Below, in pieces: positions 14,008-27,431 of a DNA stretch of 64,000 nt (position 1 is its first letter; each line of letters begins with the position of its first letter). The position numbers and the translations under genes were made by a program. The notes below the pieces were generated by a model. The model searched no databases, was not told where the DNA came from, and saw nothing but the letters and a program-made list of their open reading frames with translations. Origin of the DNA: Eledone cirrhosa (taxonomy: Eukaryota); contig OZ024742.1 in NCBI GenBank assembly GCA_964016885.1, forward strand, positions 247,318,001 through 247,382,000, written 5' to 3'.

Positions 14008-14008
<1 letters not shown>
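12988..14008 (+). mobile_element. Head-to-tail array of about 6 full or partial tRNA-derived SINE copies
   Basis: Repeated TGGCAGTATCGGTAGAG (A box-like), GAGTTCAAAT (B box-like), ctttgcctttcatcct..ggggtcgataaaataaagtaccagt and ggccttgtgcc..agaaacaattatt tail. Confidence 0.85.
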
Positions 14009-14084
<76 letters not shown>

Positions 14085-14324
14085 AAGTAGTAGAATCTAT
14101 TAATCATAGTGTTATAATCATATGTCTGGAATCATATACATGTTGACACACACATATAGTACAGTAATACATATCTAATGAGGTGAAACATCTACACACA
14201 CACGTACATACAACCGCACAGAGAGTCAGGCTTAACGGCCTGTATTGAATAAATACATTCATATGAAGGAGTGTGTGGTAGAGAGAGGGTGCAGGCCAGC
14301 TTGCTAGAAAAATGATAGCGAGAA

Positions 14325-14369
<45 letters not shown>

Positions 14370-14644
14370 GAGACAGAAAGAGAGTGATAGATAGAGAGAG
14401 AGGGAGAGAGAGAGAGTTTCATCCACAATATAGAGACGCCATTTTGTCGACCGTTAAACATTACACATGTTTTCATCAGGAACATCAGCGACAACATTAA
14501 AATTAAATCTGTTTCATACAGGTACAGACTAACACTTGCAATGTTATATAACGTATAAAATAAAGAAAATAAAGAATATAATTAAAACTACACACTTCAT
14601 ACACGCACATATATATATAAATATGGATGTATACACACACACAC

Positions 14645-14681
<37 letters not shown>

Positions 14682-14729
14682 CAGACAGCGAAGGAGAGGG
14701 GAGGGAGAGAGAGACATATATATATATAC

Positions 14730-14893
<164 letters not shown>

Positions 14894-14967
14894 GTATACA
14901 TCCATATTTATATATATATGTACATACAGTCAGGCACAAACTCACTCACTAACACACATACACAGAT

Positions 14968-15089
<122 letters not shown>

Positions 15090-15613
15090 CGAGAGGGAGA
15101 GAGAGAGGGAGAGAGACAGAGAAATATAGGGGAGGGAGAGAGAAAGAGACATGCGTGTAGCCACATATGCGTAAACGCAGGCATATACACAAACATATAA
15201 ACACGCTGAAAAAAAAACGAAACAAACAAAATTCCCAAATACGAAAAGAAGAAAGATTATAATAAAATAAAATAAATATGAATTTTATGGTTATTTCGTT
15301 TCGGTAGGTAGTAGTATACCACGTGACCGACGAATGTAACGTCATATGATTGAAATGCCTGCAAGAGAAGATTCGGTGGAAACACTGTTATTGTCGAATC
15401 GGAGACAAATGAAGATGTGATGAAGTTAGAAAAGCCATTATTGATTCAGAGATAAGACCGATATATAAAAATATTCCAACGACCACTACAACTTCTAAGA
15501 TGGCTGACCATGTACTTATACATACATACATATATGTGTGTATTTATGTGTATATGATTATATATTTATATGTATATATATATATACTTATATATATATA
15601 TATATGTATATAT

Positions 15614-15659
<46 letters not shown>

Positions 15660-15685
15660 ACTCACACACACACACAAACACACAC

Positions 15686-15953
<268 letters not shown>

Positions 15954-16116
15954 GTGCGTGTTTGTGTGTGTGTGTGAGTATATACGTACATACGAGCACA
16001 CACACGGGCATACATACACACACATATATACATATATATCGAAAACATAAAGGTGATTATAACATTAACGAAATTAAATTTACGAGTTCAATACAATTTA
16101 GAATTGTGTGTGAGTG

Positions 16117-16157
<41 letters not shown>

Positions 16158-16158
16158 G

Positions 16159-16218
<60 letters not shown>

Positions 16219-16257
16219 TATATATATATATTCATATATATATATTTATACATACGT

Positions 16258-16317
<60 letters not shown>

Positions 16318-16637
16318 TCATGTAAATATGTATGTTATATGCATATATATTTACATGAATATATATATATAGATGTTTATCCATATATATAGATGTATAT
16401 ATATGCATGTATGTAGGTACGAATGAGAATTACATGAGAATTACAGTATTCACATATAAAATGTATGTCCTCCTTATATGTTTCTATACATTCAATAAAA
16501 TATCGTGCATAAATGTTGAACATGTACATACAAATGTATATATATATATAAACAGAATTCTATCTTTCTCTCTATACATAAAAATATACATATATAAATA
16601 TCTATATATATCTATATATATATATGCACATACTCAT

Positions 16638-16887
<250 letters not shown>

Positions 16888-16957
16888 ATGTGATGTAGAT
16901 AGATGCCAGAATAAGTAATGTATACCGAAGTAGAACTTAATCATATTTATTATTATG

Positions 16958-17035
16958 GCAAAGCAATAAAATAAAGTACCAGTAATGTACTGAGTATTTG
17001 CTGGCCTTGTGCCAAAAGTAGAAACAATTATTATG
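16958..17035 (+). mobile_element. 3' fragment of the same SINE
   Basis: aaaataaagtaccagtaatgtactg...ggccttgtgccaaaagtagaaacaattatt, flanked by duplicated ttattatggcaaagcaat. Confidence 0.75.
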
Positions 17036-17421
17036 GCAAAGCAATGTCTCTGGAAAGTCACCCGTGTACTCAAAGGTAACTTTCCAGGGTAACAAGACCC
17101 ACGACCTAATTATGATAATATATAAACACGCACAGACACACATATATCTATATCTATGTATGTACGTATAAATATATATATCAATATGTATATATAAACT
17201 AGAATTAAGATGGAGGGTTTGTGGTTTTCCTAGCAAACAACAAATCCTCCATCTCAATTCTACTTCTGAAAAACATAAGAACTGTGAAACCGGTAAAGGA
17301 AATAAATAAATATTCTTAAAATGGCTCCAATTGCATTTTCGATTTCATCCCTTTTCCTCATACTTTCACTCATGTAGGACATCTCGTTTCTTTTTCATTT
17401 AAGAAAAAATTCCCTAATTTT

Positions 17422-17471
<50 letters not shown>

Positions 17472-17474
<3 letters not shown>

Positions 17475-18356
17475 CACTATATTTAGAAACACACAGATAC
17501 ATGCGGACACACACATATATACATGAATGCATCCGCACCAAACTGTGAGTTAAGGGTGCCAACTTCACCGATGTTGCTCAATGAATGACCGGGACAGACC
17601 AATTCAGTTGAACTAGACTGAACCAGTATCAGAGTTAAAAATACATTATGAAGAGAGAAGAAACATTTAGATATAATTAGTAATAAAACGTATCATACCT
17701 AAACTGCTCCTAAATTCCTCGACTACGTAGTTTCGTGGCATAAACAAAAACAATATATCATAAAGACATAGAGTCCCTGCGAGGTCTGCCGACTTATCAA
17801 GAGGATACCTCATTTTACTAGTCTCAAGAACGCGTCTACACGACGTGAGAAAGAATCCCAAAAGGCGGAGGGGGAGATAGTCACGCGATATAACGGTCGA
17901 GAAACAGAGCTAAGCCTCCTATAACCACGAAGAAAATACCACGGAGGCGGAGGGGGTATTCATATCGAGGCCGCAGAAGAGGTGGTGAAGAAGGCTAGAA
18001 GTATGAGTAATGGAAGCTTTCCAGTTGTCCCCACACTTCAAAGATTGCTCTACCAGATGGAGTTATTAACACTATATTTAGAAACACACAGATACATGCG
18101 GACACACACATATATACATGAATGCATCCGCACCCAACTGTGAGTTGGGATTCTTTCTCACGTCGTGTAGACGCGTTCTTGAGACTAGTAAAATGAGGTA
18201 TCCTCTTGATAAGTCGGCAGACCTCGCAGGGACTCTATGTCTTTATGATATATTGTTTTTGTTTATGCCACGAAACTACGTAGTCGAGGAATTTAGGAGC
18301 AGTTTAGGTATGATACATTTTATTACTAATTATATCTAAATGTTTCTTCTCTCTTC

Positions 18357-18361
<5 letters not shown>
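17472..18361 (-). mobile_element. Non-coding element with PLE-type architecture (direct terminal repeats plus inverted 5' segment)
   Basis: 17472-17551 is directly repeated at 18067-18147; 18146-18361 is the reverse complement of 17646-17861; inserted in (TA)n on both sides. Confidence 0.72.
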
Positions 18362-18421
<60 letters not shown>

Positions 18422-18610
18422 GTAGTTCCACAAGAGTGAGTTCACCATACCGAGCACAAATGTTTCACCTTAAGCGGATCTTCAGCTCGGTCTGAGTGGA
18501 GTGGTATGGTGAACTAACTTTTGTGTTACTACTTTTACCAAACTCGTCCCATGGACTGAGTGTTCTATTAATACGGATATAATTCTCCAGTGTTCTACTA
18601 TTATATATAT
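18422..18610. mobile_element. Small PLE pLTR remnant: decayed hammerhead (18449-18491, minus) between inverted repeats of about 30 bp
   Basis: ACCGAG-CUGAAGA-UCCGCUUAAGGU-GAAA-CAUUUG-UG-CUCGGU; agttcaccatacc/ggtatggtgaact inverted flanks. Confidence 0.55.
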
Positions 18611-19226
18611 ATTTTAAAGCGATGAAATACCAATGAAGGTTGGAAGATCACTGATGAAGGACTAATTTTATTCATATGTAACCCATGTGCAACCACGCAG
18701 CACTCCATTTTTCTTATATTTATATTTTTTCCTCAGCTGCGACCTGTCTGTTTCTTTCTTACTGCTTCCCCTCTCTCTGTATCTCTCACCTTCTTTTTAC
18801 CTCTCTGCCAGTCACACTCTCTCTCAACTGGCCTCTTCCTTACACTTACACTCACTCACTCTCTGCTTCTCCCCTCTCTCACTTCCTCCCGTTTGACCTG
18901 TGTGAAATCCTTTTCTCGCTCACATCTCAACCAGGTCGGATGGTCTGTATCTCTCGTCCATGATTTCACCAAGCTTAAGCTTATAGATATCATGTACATG
19001 TCTCTACCTATCTTTCTGTTGCAATACCATCTTTGTTTGTTTACATGTCTCGCTCGCTTCACCCTATTTTACTTGTCCCAATAATTTTATTTAGTTATTG
19101 CTCGCACCAACCAGAGGTATATGATTTTTAAAGCAATGAAATACCAATGAAGGTTGGAAGATCACTGATGAAGGACTAATTTTATTCATATGAAACCCAT
19201 GTGCAACCACGCAGCACTCCATTTTT

Positions 19227-19232
<6 letters not shown>
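18606..19232 (+). repeat. Direct repeats of about 110 bp, 514 bp apart (pLTR-like, with CTGATGA...GAAA remnant)
   Basis: ttttaaagc.atgaaataccaatgaaggttggaagatcactgatgaagg...ctccatttttcttatat at about 18612-18720 and 19126-19232. Confidence 0.7.
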
Positions 19233-19283
<51 letters not shown>

Positions 19284-19499
19284 AGATAAAGAAGTTTCCC
19301 TTTATATTGGTTAATTCATATTAGTGAGGATTGAATATGAAAAGAAAAGATGAAGTATATAGGATACCAGATGGTGGAGGTATGTAACAAATATCCGGAT
19401 GTTGATTCATCGATTATGGTACAAGGCTCCAAAAAATAATTTAGTATGAAATAACTATTAGGAAAAAACTAGGCAAGAAGAGAGGACATGTTTGAAGAA

Positions 19500-19870
19500 A
19501 GATTTATTACATTATATTATCTAACATGTGTTTCATCATTGTTACGCAATCCCATATCAGTGCTGAATCGGAACATTCATTCCGTTATTCACTCGCTTAC
19601 GTTATTCCGTTATTCACTAAAGTTCATTTCTCTCGAATCATCAGAGAGAAATGAACTTTAGTGAAAAATTTGAAGATAATATATTATTTGATAGAAAAAA
19701 TAATCATTTGTAAATAGACACATACCCATACGCACGTACACATAGTAATGTTAATATGTACGTTACTGTATGTAGTCGTTTGTGTCTATTTGCAAATTAA
19801 TTTTAAGCTATGAAATGATATATCATCTTCAACCATTTCAATAAAGTTTACTTCTTTCTGATGATTCAAT
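19500..19870. repeat. Nested inverted repeats, probable PLE pLTR remnant
   Basis: Hairpin ttcactaaagttcatttctctc/gagagaaatgaactttagtgaa at 19612-19665; 19635-19750 is an imperfect inverse of 19760-19868. Confidence 0.6.
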
Positions 19871-20963
19871 AGGTGCAGAGTTCTCAAACACTCCTTCCAT
19901 CCGGCTGGATCCTCAAACGAAACCAGCCAAGCTGTTGGATGTTATTCAACTATCTTGCTCATGGTCTAACCCTGGGTCTCTTGCCGGTTGGTTTTGTTCG
20001 TAAAATCTCTGCAGCGATTCCTTCCTAAGGCATTCTAACTCCATGCCTATAGTATCGGGGCTGTGATATCCCAATTGAGGGAAATAGCGGTTCTACCTGA
20101 AGTTATTTTTTGATCTCCAAGGTAATCACTCTATTGAGCAACGTTACTTCGAAGAATCTTCGGGGGAACACAATTTAGACCTGTTCTGACCAGGATCGTA
20201 TTCTTTTAGATATTACTCAAGACTCATGGTCATAGGTAAGGGTTGGCACGAATACGGAATTAAAGATAGCGAGTTTGGATTTTACACCTTGTGATTAAGG
20301 AACCACTGCACCAGCTCCTGCAACACTTGACTTACTTCAGCTCCTGCCTTCGATCATTCATCGACATGACCCCAAGATACATGAACTTCTCCATAGAAAT
20401 TTGAAATTCTACATCAGATAAATACTTAAATATTTCACTGTGCTTGGCAGATGAAAGTGAGTCAAAATATGTATATATCTTACCTTTATTGGAATAATTC
20501 ATTAGCAGTAACATTCTCCTTTAGCTCATTCTACTCAGGATGCTCTTAATGGGTGTCCAATTGTGGTAAATATTTACCAAGGCAGTAGATGACAAATTAG
20601 ACACACGATCCACTTCCAACAATTTGTTTGTCACTCACTTGATTAAAACATTCGGCACTTCAGCTGTTGATGCCAGCAGTACAGCAAGCCGAAGGAGGAA
20701 GAGCGAAATTATATGAATTCCTTATAGAATTAAGGTTAAAGAAAAATGATAAATCTATATCTACATGAAATTAGAAGGAATTTGGTTACTATTGGTTTAT
20801 ATTGAATAAATGAATATATAATGAACACGTGCGGCGGAAGCTGTATGACGTAGAATGTAATAAAGTCAATTAAAATAAACAACAGTTTATGTTAAGGTTA
20901 AATTTACGTATTAAATTTACACACGCACATCCACATACATACAAACACACGCATACACATATA

Positions 20964-21020
<57 letters not shown>

Positions 21021-21083
21021 ATATATATATGTATGTGTGTATATGTACATACACACACACACATATATATATATATATGTATG

Positions 21084-21151
<68 letters not shown>

Positions 21152-21589
21152 GTATATTATATATATGTATGTATATTCATTTATAACATATATTCATGTA
21201 CATTTATCTGAAATTTTATTTATTGGAAAGTATAGAATAGAAATTATATGTATCAATATATGCCAGCAATCAAACACTACCTCATACAAACAAATACTCT
21301 TACAAATACCCGTATCCGACACTTCCCCCCTCTTTTCTCACCCCCTCCCTCTCTCACTTACACACACATATGTGGTTGCTTGTTTGGTTGAGTGTGTGTG
21401 TGTATTTATATTAACAATATGAATAATTATTTCGTAAATACGAAAGAAAGTATTCTTTTCATGTAAAACATCTTAAGAGAATTCAAGAAATATTCAAGTC
21501 GTGTTTATAGCAATAATATAATAAAATGGTGTGATTTCTGTAATGAGAGGACAATAGCAAATAAAATAATTCCGCCCCCTTTCTCTCTT

Positions 21590-21711
<122 letters not shown>

Positions 21712-21940
21712 AGGAAGGAGACAGAGGGGAAGACCAAAGGAGTAATCCTCTCTGAGGAGAGATAAAAGACCAGAGACGGTACCTTCAGGGCGCCCTCACC
21801 TTTTTGGTCAAGTATAGGAGTGAAATGTTCACAACTAGTTAAACATTCATAGCAAGGTTAAAAGGATCTTTTTGTACATAAACATCTCATGTATGTTCCA
21901 ATATACAAACATTGTTACATCTTACATAGCATTGCTACTG

Positions 21941-21985
<45 letters not shown>

Positions 21986-22639
21986 TAAAAGAGAAAACAC
22001 AGGTACGCATTAAGAGAATGATTTTATCCTGGTATTTACGACCGTTTCATTGGTAAGTGCAACCTTATATTGCTATACTGCAAATAGCAGCCACTTAAAT
22101 AGAATTGTTGTTCATAGTCCAAATTTTCAAAATAGTAAGTTACTCTTGCAATAATTCTTAATATATAGAGAAAAACATTTATTTGGAATTGTATTTACTA
22201 GTATAGAGAGAGAGGAATCAGAAGGTGAGGGGACAAACGGAATAGTATAGAGAGAGAGGAAGGGGAGAGGTAGGAAGTAGAGTGACAAACTGAGATGGGG
22301 GGGAGGAGTAGAGGTGGAAGGATTCCTTGGTCAGTTTTGATAGCAGAATTCATGACGTGGAATGTAGTGAGTTAAAGAGAATTAAATTGATCATAGTGAG
22401 AGGGATGGATAGAGATGGGGAGAGAGAGGGGGGGGGGGGGAGACATAAAGAGATAAATATATATAACTTATATATAACTGCTCTGTAAAACAACTGATGT
22501 TATTACATTGAGCTATTTATCTTACTGGTAATAAGGTAGTAATATATTACTGCCTATCACTATTTCTGGTTTGTGAAAAAATATATATAACTACAAAAGG
22601 TTTTTGTATACGCATAACCATAAATAGTATCCTTAATAC

Positions 22640-22670
<31 letters not shown>

Positions 22671-22899
22671 AGATAAAGATAATAATGACAAAAATAAAAG
22701 CAAAAATGGGGGTGAGAAAGAAGAAGAGAAAAGATAACCAAGAAGGGAGGGAAGGAAGGAAGAAAACGAAGAAATAGAAGAGGAATGAGGGAGAAGAGGG
22801 GGATATATATATTGGTGTTGTGGGTAATTAAAAGGGTTTAGATACAACAAGAGGGTATAAAGTCTAAGTATATGCGGTTTGTCAGTTGGTAGTAAGAGG

Positions 22900-23252
22900 T
22901 TAAGGGTTCGATTTGCAGTGCGAAAACTTCTCTTTGAGTCTCTGGTTACAATAAATTGATCTTTCGATTTTATTGTTGAGTAACTTATTCTTCGAACTCA
23001 AGATGTGGAACAGCTCAAGGTCGCATAATCGACAGCTTCTCATACATCTCCGATATGGGGGCGCGTTCGATAATTTTTTCCACTTCAGGGTGTATTGATG
23101 GTTACTTTCCCTCAGTTGCCAGGTCTTGTTTTCAAGGGTAGTTACATAACGATGCTGGGAATGTTTCATTGCGTAACGGTTTGTATACCAACGGGCTTTA
23201 AATGTATTCCCAGTCGCTCCGATGTAATACCATTTCTGGTTGTCCGATTCCA
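22900..23252 (-). pseudogene. PLE GIY-YIG endonuclease C-terminal fragment
   Basis: KWYYIGATGNTFKARWYTNR...CRLCDLE...LLN...YCNQR: YIG motif, catalytic R/E/N and the CxxC motif of Penelope endonucleases. Confidence 0.85.
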
Positions 23253-23260
23253 CTGTGCAT

Positions 23261-23613
23261 TGGAATCGGACGACCAGAAATGGTATTACATCGGAGCGAC
23301 TGGGAATACATTTAAAGCCCGTTGGTATACACACCGTTACGCAATGAAACATTCCCAGCATCGTTATGTAACAACCCTTGCAAACAAGACCTGGCAACTG
23401 AGGGAAAGTAACCATCAATACACCCTGAAGTGGAACAAATTATCGAACGCTTCCCCATATCGGAGTGGTATGAGAAGCTGTCGATTATGCGACCTTGAGC
23501 TGTTCAACATCTTGAGTTTGAAGAATAAGTTACTCAACAATAAAATCGAAAGATCAATTTATTGTAACCATAGACTCAAAGAGAAGTTTTCGCACTGCAA
23601 ATCGAACCCTTAA
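23261..23613 (+). pseudogene. PLE GIY-YIG endonuclease fragment, inverted duplicate
   Basis: KWYYIGATGNTFKARWYTHR...CRLCDLE...YCNHR; the first half of the tracked ORF is only the antisense of the other arm. Confidence 0.85.
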
Positions 23614-23838
23614 CCTCTTACTACCAACTGACAAACCGCATAAACTTAGACTTTATACCCTCTTGTTGTATCTAAACCCTTTTAATTACCCACAAAACCA
23701 ATATATATATCCCCCTCTTCTCCCTCATTCCTCTTCTATTTCTTCGTTTTCTTCCTTCCTTCCCTCCCCTTCTTGGCTATCTTTTCTCTTCTTCTTTCTC
23801 ACCCCATCTTTGCTTTATTGTTGTCATTATTATCTTTT

Positions 23839-23920
23839 GGCAGTATCGGTAGAGGGTCGGACGCCATGCTTTCCAGCATAGTTACGTCCCTTTACGATCT
23901 GAGTTCAAATCCCGCCGAGA
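23839..23920 (+). mobile_element. 5' part of tRNA-derived SINE
   Basis: ggcagtatcggtagagggtcggacgccatgc...tctgagttcaaatcccgccgag. Confidence 0.8.
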
Positions 23921-24273
23921 TGTCGGTTTGTTAGGCGGGATAGCGCTCTCGCTGTTAAATGATTTTATCTGTTAGTCACCGGAATATTTCTAGTTGGTGT
24001 AGATTATTTCGCAATGGGATTACCCATGTAAACTCTCATATCGGAAGAAGTGTCGATTAAGGGTCGGGATCCGATCACACGATCACACCCGAGCTGATCG
24101 ATATGGAAACAAATTATAATATGTAATAAAGTTTACAAAAAGATGCAATTCTTATCGTTACTTTATAAACACTCTGCAAATACAGCCGCCTTAAAACTGG
24201 AGCACAAACTAACGGGAGACGGACACAGTAACAGCATCGAGTGCTTCGACCAGTGTCACCGCTAGTAACTACA
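23921..24273 (+). repeat. Unclassified interspersed repeat, possibly a solo LTR; relative at about 37640-37862
   Basis: Starts TGT, ends ACA, internal AATAAA; shares gatat.gaaaca, aataaagttta, agccgccttaa and gtgcttcga blocks with 37640-37862; no TSD seen. Confidence 0.45.
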
Positions 24274-24289
24274 AGTTACCCACCTAATA

Positions 24290-24372
<83 letters not shown>

Positions 24373-24392
24373 ATATATATATATATATATAT

Positions 24393-24617
24393 ATAACGAA
24401 GGAGTTGTGGTAAGGAACCAGATGGACCATAACGCACCAGAGTACTCAATACTTAGGGTAGTAGAGTGGGTAATAGGAAAAAGTATGACCCCGACGGCAT
24501 AGCTCAACCCGTTTCGACAGCTATTTCTGGACTGAAATAGCCGTCGAAACGGCTTGAGGTCTGCCGTCGGGGGTCATACTTTTTCATATATATATACATT
24601 CATACCCCCCCCCCCCC

Positions 24618-24662
<45 letters not shown>

Positions 24663-24873
24663 GGAACCAGTAAGACCCCGACAGCTGAGCTCAAGCCGTT
24701 TCGACGGCTAATTCTGGACTAAAATGATTTTAGTCCAGAATTAGCCGTCGAAACGGCTTGAGCTCAGCTGTCGGGGTCTTACTGGTTCCTATTACCCACT
24801 CTACTACCTCAAGTATTGAGTACTTTGGTGCGTTATGGTCCACCTGGTTCCTTACCACATTTCCTTCGTTATA
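24393..24873. mobile_element. Two opposed copies of a short palindrome-capped PLE pLTR element
   Basis: 24393-24480 is the inverse of 24786-24873; palindromes at 24477-24585 and 24660-24792; third family member at 62062-62172. Confidence 0.78.
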
Positions 24874-24978
24874 TGTATATATATATATATATAGAGCAAG
24901 GTGGGGAACAGAACTCTAGTGAGTGAACATCGTTAGTTTTTCCTCCCTCTTATCAAAGATTTGAAGACAATTTATTAT

Positions 24979-25052
24979 TCACCTGATGAGATCAGTGATA
25001 ATCGATCATGACCACACGATCGATCTATCTCTTATTGAAACATATGTCGTGA
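24979..25052 (+). ncRNA. Type I hammerhead ribozyme motif with canonical GUC site
   Basis: UCAC-CUGAUGA-[GAUCAGUGAUAAUCGAUC...GAUCGAUCUAUCUCUUAUU]-GAAA-CAUAUG-UC^GUGA; palindromic stem III ACAUAUGU. Confidence 0.8.
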
Positions 25053-25652
25053 TTAAAATGATTTGAAATTGATACCATGCCTTCGGATCTTTATTTTCAT
25101 ACATATATTCATACACATATATACATATGATAAATATATATTCCTGGGACACGAACTCCATGATTCTAGCACGAATATCAGTAAAATAATGAATGTTATG
25201 ACTTCATTAGTAAATTTCAGAGAAAAACGCTGCAAAATTGATTAAAATACAATTTGATTTCAAAAGAGGATAAATCATTGTCACGATTAAATTGAGTTTT
25301 TGACCCAAAAGAAAAGACTTACAACGGCCTTAGTAACTATGATAAATCTTAATATCCCGACCCTATCTGATTATATTTTAAAGATCACATAAGAAATGTT
25401 CTCGGATTGCGCAGAAATATAAACTTATATCATTCAAACATATTCCTGTAGCAGATTACTTTCAAGGACATTCTGGCTAATCGTACAGCATGTAGATAGT
25501 TTAGCAAATGATTAGGGAAGTTGAGCGACAAGATCCCAGACTTTATTCGCTTAACGAGTGGGGTGGATCTCGTTAAATCGGACCGAAGAAAGAATGTTTC
25601 CATTGGTCTTTCCAATTGCTAATACCATCTGTCGTTTGCAAATTTAGTCAAA

Positions 25653-25906
25653 CAGAGCAGCGTGAAATAAAGTGTCTTGCTCAAGGACATAACGCATCAC
25701 CCGGTCCTAGAATCGAAATCCCAACCTCACGATAAACAAAGGTCAACATTTTATATTTAGGATCAACTTATTTTAAACTTGCAATAAGAGTATAAAAGAA
25801 ATACATTGAAGCAGGGTCGTCCTGCTGAATAATTATTCTATCATTCTTCTGAGGATTTCATTCACTGGGCCTAGTGATGGCTAACCACTCATCCACGCGC
25901 CTTCAC
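25653..25906 (-). mobile_element. Second tRNA-derived SINE type (CORE/V-like central domain), interrupted
   Basis: Minus strand: ggcgcgtggatgagtggttag (A box), then about 140 bp of unrelated sequence, then ttcgattct (B box) and gtccttgagcaagacacttta. Confidence 0.55.
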
Positions 25907-26410
25907 TACCAAGAGATTAGATAGGCAAAAACTAGGATGATGCTTAAGCCAAAATGTTGACATGTAACAATAAGTTAAATGCATTTGTTAACCCCAACGA
26001 AGCTGGTCTTATGTTCAATACACACCCACAGGTGTACGTAATTGATACCCGTTTTAATAACACCACCTAGTCTCCCGTTTCTTTTAGCGGAGTCTATTGC
26101 AAGCGGACACTATTGCAAGCACTCACACCTGGTAACTGGCCCAAAGAAACTATCCACCTTTCCTTCCCCTCCACCAGTCACGGGTCCCCTGAAACGGGAT
26201 ACGAGCACTGTCCTCTCTACCTTCATATAACGTGAGAAAAACATTTACAACTTCCTCTGATCCGTCGTATTTTTGTTCTACTGTAATTAGTCTTCTACTT
26301 TGACAAAAGAAATCATTATGAAAAGTGTATAGTAACAATTTCGAGAGACAGGTAAGATGCAATTTTATCACTGCCGAGGATGAAAACGAAAGAAAAATAA
26401 TTACTGAAGG

Positions 26411-26464
<54 letters not shown>

Positions 26465-26549
26465 CACATACCCATATATATATACATATATATATACATA
26501 TATACATATATATATACATACACACACATATACACATATAGACATACAG

Positions 26550-26628
<79 letters not shown>

Positions 26629-26760
26629 CATACATACACACACATATACACATATATACATGCATATATATATACATATATTATGTATATATATATATAT
26701 ATATATACATATATATACATATATATATATACATATATACTTATATATATATATATACAT

Positions 26761-26807
<47 letters not shown>

Positions 26808-27352
26808 ATATACTATTGCAGTTTAGAAGATTGATTGAAGAACAAATTGAGAGAAGCTTTAAAATGTAATTATTTATTTACGACTGTTTCGGTGATGTAT
26901 ATACTATATTCACATATGTGTCTCTTACAATTTATGGCAGACAACAAATCTCGGGTAAATATTTTATCACATATCGAGTTGTTTGTTTATTTGACTAAAT
27001 GTTTTTTACGAAACATTTGTACATTGATCAATGTAGATGTTATCAGTAAAAAAATTCTTCAGCAAAATAGCAAAGAGATATATGGAAAACCGTTAAATCA
27101 GAAGACGATCAATTATTTACTGACCATTCACATATTGATTTCTCACCTTATTACTATTCAACAAATGCTTAATGGAAAGTTATACAGACCCTCCTACCTA
27201 CCTATCTCCTACCTACCCGCTTAACTATCTACCTACCTATCCTTTTACCGCCCTTCGTACAAACCGACAAAGCTAGCTACTTACCTAACAACCAGCCTTC
27301 ATACATATACATCTACATGCATACATACATAAATACATACATAACTATATTC

Positions 27353-27431
<79 letters not shown>

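Larger units (their letters stand above)
21983..23838 (-). mobile_element. 5'-truncated Penelope-like element with fold-back inverted copy
   Basis: GIY-YIG domain and 3'UTR on minus (23256 down to about 21983); 23261-23838 is an inverted copy of about 22675-23252. Confidence 0.85.

Noticed and set aside
12988-14008. Regularly spaced repeats as a CRISPR array or tRNA gene cluster
   Set aside because: Eukaryotic context, no unique spacers or cas genes, no cloverleaf; these are SINE copies.
17667-18339. Twin ORFs GFFLTSCRRVLETSK on opposite strands
   Set aside because: A result of the inverted duplication; no protein motif.
26870-27070. Minus-strand CUGAAGA...GAAACAGUC hammerhead candidate, and a similar one at 22035-22140
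   Set aside because: Stem I and stem II pairing could not be established; at most decayed pLTR remnants.
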